Positions 33,564 through 64,000 of a stretch of DNA of 64,000 nucleotides are shown piece after piece. Within the stretch, counting starts at the first letter, position 1. Every line of letters starts with the position of its first letter. The DNA is taken from contig CAVNZM010000004.1 of NCBI GenBank assembly GCA_963693365.1, forward strand, positions 5,272,564 to 5,336,563, given 5' to 3'. This DNA comes from Amoebidium appalachense (Eukaryota > Protista > Ichthyosporea). Under the pieces are notes generated by a model. That model was not told the origin of the DNA, searched no databases, and saw only the letters and a program-made list of their open reading frames with translations. The translations under genes and the position numbers were made by a program.

Positions 33564-34273
33564 TCCCCCCTCCCTCTTCAGATCAACAACATAGCCCCCC
33601 TCTCCAAGTGCCCTCTCCTCCAACACCTAAACATAGCCTGGACATCCGTCGTCGACCTCTCCCCCCTATCCAAATGTCTTCGCCTGCACACCCTCGAAAT
33701 GCACAACACGAGCATAGCAGACATTACCCCCCTATCCTCGTGCCGTGTGCTACGTTTCGTTAATGCTGAGAGCACGCCCGTGGAAAACATCGAGCCGCTA
33801 GGAAGGTTAATGAGGCTGCAGACGGTCAAGTTGGGGTGGACGAGGGTTAAAGATATCTCCCCACTGGCAAAGTGCTCACAGTTGCAGTCCGTCGACCTAA
33901 GGTGACTTTAAACCCCTTATCCCTCCCCCCCCCTCCCCCCCCCCCCCCCCCCCCCCTTCCCTCCCTTTGTGTGTTTCAGCTAGTCAGTGAATGCACTTAA
34001 ACGGTTTACCCTCGTTGGGTAAATATGTCGTGCACTCTACGGCATTATCCCCCCCCCCCCCCCCTCCCCCCCCCCCCCCCCCCCCCCCCCCCCAAAACCG
34101 GCCCCCTTCTCCGTCGTGATACATTTCACCCGAGAGAGAAAACGTAACACCTCCCACCTGGCCGGCTCCTGTTATTGACCTTTTGACGTGGGCACACCCT
34201 CCCAACCCAACCACATCAAAACCCCACACCATCCTACTAGGCTAGACCCACCACATACCACCATTACTCACCT

Positions 34274-34305
<32 letters not shown>

Positions 34306-34344
34306 CCCCTTTCCCCCACCCACCCCCTCCCCCCTCCTCGACAC

Positions 34345-34402
<58 letters not shown>

Positions 34403-34605
34403 ACACTGGTGTTGTTGTTGTGGACAGTCTTGCCCAGTGCACCCAGTTGGAGTACATTGACCTACGGCACACAAAGGTGAAGGGGGTGGAGGTGTTGCGG
34501 AGGTGCAAGAGGCTGCACACAGTTCATGTCGACAGCAAGGTGCCTGGGGCAAAGGCTCTGGTCATGAACACGGTGCCAAAGAGGAGGGGGTCGGCTACCT
34601 TTTGA
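27868..34605 (+). CDS. F-box and leucine-rich repeat protein, 8 exons, about 580 aa
   Basis: Exons 27868-27951 ([13 protein letters not shown]), 28427-28813 ([12 protein letters not shown] completes the F-box; LRRs begin), 29975-30256, 31046-31161, 31868-32036, 32803-32982, 33582-33901, 34401-34605. All introns GT-AG and phases consistent. Many ~22-aa repeats LxxLxLxxTxVxDVSPLxxC. Confidence 0.92.
29490..29950. repeat. Degenerate ~90-bp tandem repeat (about 5 copies) in F-box/LRR intron 2
   Basis: tttctggaaactgacta-like cores near 29530, 29620, 29700, 29792 and 29937, most followed by a similar ...ttttctt... stretch. Confidence 0.7.
30877..30985 (-). repeat. G-tract-flanked repeat family, B copy in F-box/LRR intron 3
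   Basis: cctgaggatgggctctgcttattatgcatac...tacttcgtactttatgacgcatttaacc then poly-C. More diverged relatives at about 31610-31700 and 32346-32440. Confidence 0.85.
31201..31529. mobile_element. Possible MITE / fold-back insertion in F-box/LRR intron 4
   Basis: tctgggcgctg (31201) and cagcgcccaga (31519-31529) form an 11-bp inverted repeat. Internal gagccacatt/aatgtggctc inverted pair and a 17-bp direct duplication aaagcaaccaccgctac. Only one copy in the window. Confidence 0.35.
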
Positions 34606-36321
34606 ATACATGCATTGGAAGGTGCATCTGTGTGCGTGTGTGGTGGTGGGGGAGGGGGGGGGAGGGTGAGAAATGTGTGTGTGTGTGTGTGTGTGTGTAC
34701 ACGTGTGCCCCGGGGGGGGGGGGGGGGGGGGGAGGGGGGGAGAGGGTGAATTGCTGAGACGTCAAGTATGTGTGCAAGTTCGGCATGTATGAAGGTCGCC
34801 TAAATACGGAATACGGCTTTTTGATTAGATACACATGTCTGTGTGGGTTTATATGTGAATGCAGTAGGTTCAGGGGGAGCATTTTGGAAGGATTGGAGGT
34901 GTGTGTGCAACAATTAGGGAATGTATGAATGCTTGCCTAGCTATATATTCCTACTTTTTTTTGAGTCTTATAAAAGATATAGATTTGTACCCTAATGTTA
35001 TTATCTAAGATCTTGGTTGTTTGTATTACGCGTGGTAGTTTTAGGCTGGTGGATTATGGGGGTGGATGGATGGATGAATTTGGCAAAGTTTTTGGTAGAC
35101 ACGGTGTAACGGAGGTTGGTACAACAGTGGGACTTCGTATTAGCAACATAATCTTTTCTCTCCCTTCCTTTTTCGTAGACCTAGCTTCCTATAATTTTAT
35201 TCGGTTTCCTAAGTTTGTTTCCTTTTTCCCCCTAGCTGGATCCGGACGGCTGGGGTGGGGAGTCTGTGTGATATAATATATGCAGCACTCAAAAGAACAT
35301 GATATATATTTAGAGTTAGTTTTACGTTTATCTTACACATCTCATGTGGTAACCATGCTTTATTTGGGTATTTCTCACCCTAGTTTTGGCGTGCGTTATG
35401 TATGGCACGTATGTACACTTGCATTAGACGGCCCACATGTGTGTGCCTCGTGTGGGCAGGTATCTCATGCCTGCACATCTAAATTTAGGAGTGCCTTATA
35501 TGGTAATTAACTTTTTTGACATCACCCGATTACATGCCTAAAGCCCCACATGCCTGCCAATGAGAAAGTTGATACAAACCTTGACAGATCACCCTTAACA
35601 ACATAAATAAAAAATAAGTAACAGTACAGTAAAAGCGATGGCCTTTCCACACACCAATATATAAATATCTGAAGTCCTTCATGAGAAGCCAACATGCAAT
35701 GTTCAGGTTTAGACATCCATTCGTGTATATATCCCCCCCCCCCCCCTCCCCCCCCCCCCCCCCCCTCCCGGCCGCGTAGTGCGACGGAAAATCAAACAAA
35801 AGCACATTGCAAGCGTCAATGAAACACGAAACACACTCTGAAAGAACTAAACAACAGTATACAGGCCTTACAAAAAACTAGGGGACAAAAACCCTGAGAT
35901 ACCCTCGGCAAGAGCGGGAAAAAAAAAGAAAAAAAAACTCCAGCCCAGATACTTCGTTCTTATCTAAAAATATTGGTTTACAGAACCCCTCTATCCATTG
36001 ATATGGAACCCCTTTAGCAGTAACCCGTTTGAGCATTTCAGGCCGCGACCAGAATAATATGGAAACCCCAAATCAGGAAAACAGGGTCGATCGGATATCA
36101 TGCAACATCCATTAGTTAGGAATACTCTCACAATCGAAAACCATGCGCCCCGATTAGACTCGTCGGAAATACGATTAGGACTCGTTGGGTACAGGCTCGA
36201 CCGGAAATCCGATTAAATATACTTGCTCGACCTAGAATCACGCACACCGATAAGTCTCCACCGGAAATCCGACTACCGACTAGGGAAAGTATTGGCTTGA
36301 CCGATCGCGCGAGCACCCCGA

Positions 36322-63480
<27,159 letters not shown>

Positions 63481-63892
63481 CTGGTGTGTGTGCGTGTGCG
63501 TGTGTTTGGGGGGAGAAGAGGGGAGGTGGGGGGGGGTTGAATGAATAAAAATTAGGACCGAAGAATACATCGTGCCTAAGTTTGAGCTTGTTCACACAGG
63601 ACCGGACTATCGTGATTTCCAAAAAGGAAATTATGTTGCCATGAATTTTCATCTATCAAACGATCTGATACAACTAAGACCGCCTACAAAAGCCGATACA
63701 TCCACACAATTTCAACTAATCGTCTTAGTGTACATGTTGCTCATAAATTTATGTAGGTGCCCAGACGTAGAATATGATCGGCAGATAAGGAGTGCCTTTG
63801 TAGACTGTTGGTGAATAGACGTGTTCCAGTAACAGGTGGAGAGAGAGAGGGAGAGGGAGGGTGAGGGTGTGGATGAGCGTGTGGATGAGTGT

Positions 63893-63994
<102 letters not shown>

Positions 63995-64000
63995 GTGTGT

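Noticed and set aside
36130-36320. Short ccggaaatccga / cgattag repeats just past the PLC stop
   Set aside because: Only 2-4 short, irregularly spaced matches; insufficient to call an element.

Overview
Eukaryotic nuclear DNA, intron-rich and saturated with (CA/GT)n, poly-C/G and poly-A/T tracts. It is probably from a unicellular holozoan/opisthokont, which I infer from the PLC-beta-like gene and cannot prove. Almost all ORFs in the supplied track are microsatellite noise. Hand splicing gives five genes: cytochrome c1 (-, 7 exons, complete); a C2 + coiled-coil + PLAC8 protein (+); a TPR + SET (SMYD-like) gene with an in-frame TGA (+); an F-box/LRR protein (+, 8 exons, complete); and a >27 kb phosphoinositide phospholipase C (-, 5' end not found in the window). 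Also present are a decayed non-LTR retrotransposon fragment, a fold-back MITE family, a G-tract-flanked interspersed repeat family and several intronic minisatellites, including a 14 x 62 bp array that is not CRISPR. The most unusual signals are: (i) degenerate 'echo' copies of both ends of a PLC catalytic exon in the flanking introns, one diverged mainly at synonymous positions; (ii) 3' splice sites built on (CA)n-CAG instead of a U-rich pyrimidine tract, with transcript-strand-biased repeats; (iii) an intronic repeat family always in the same orientation relative to its host transcript; (iv) the in-frame TGA in the SET domain. All coordinates were read by eye.
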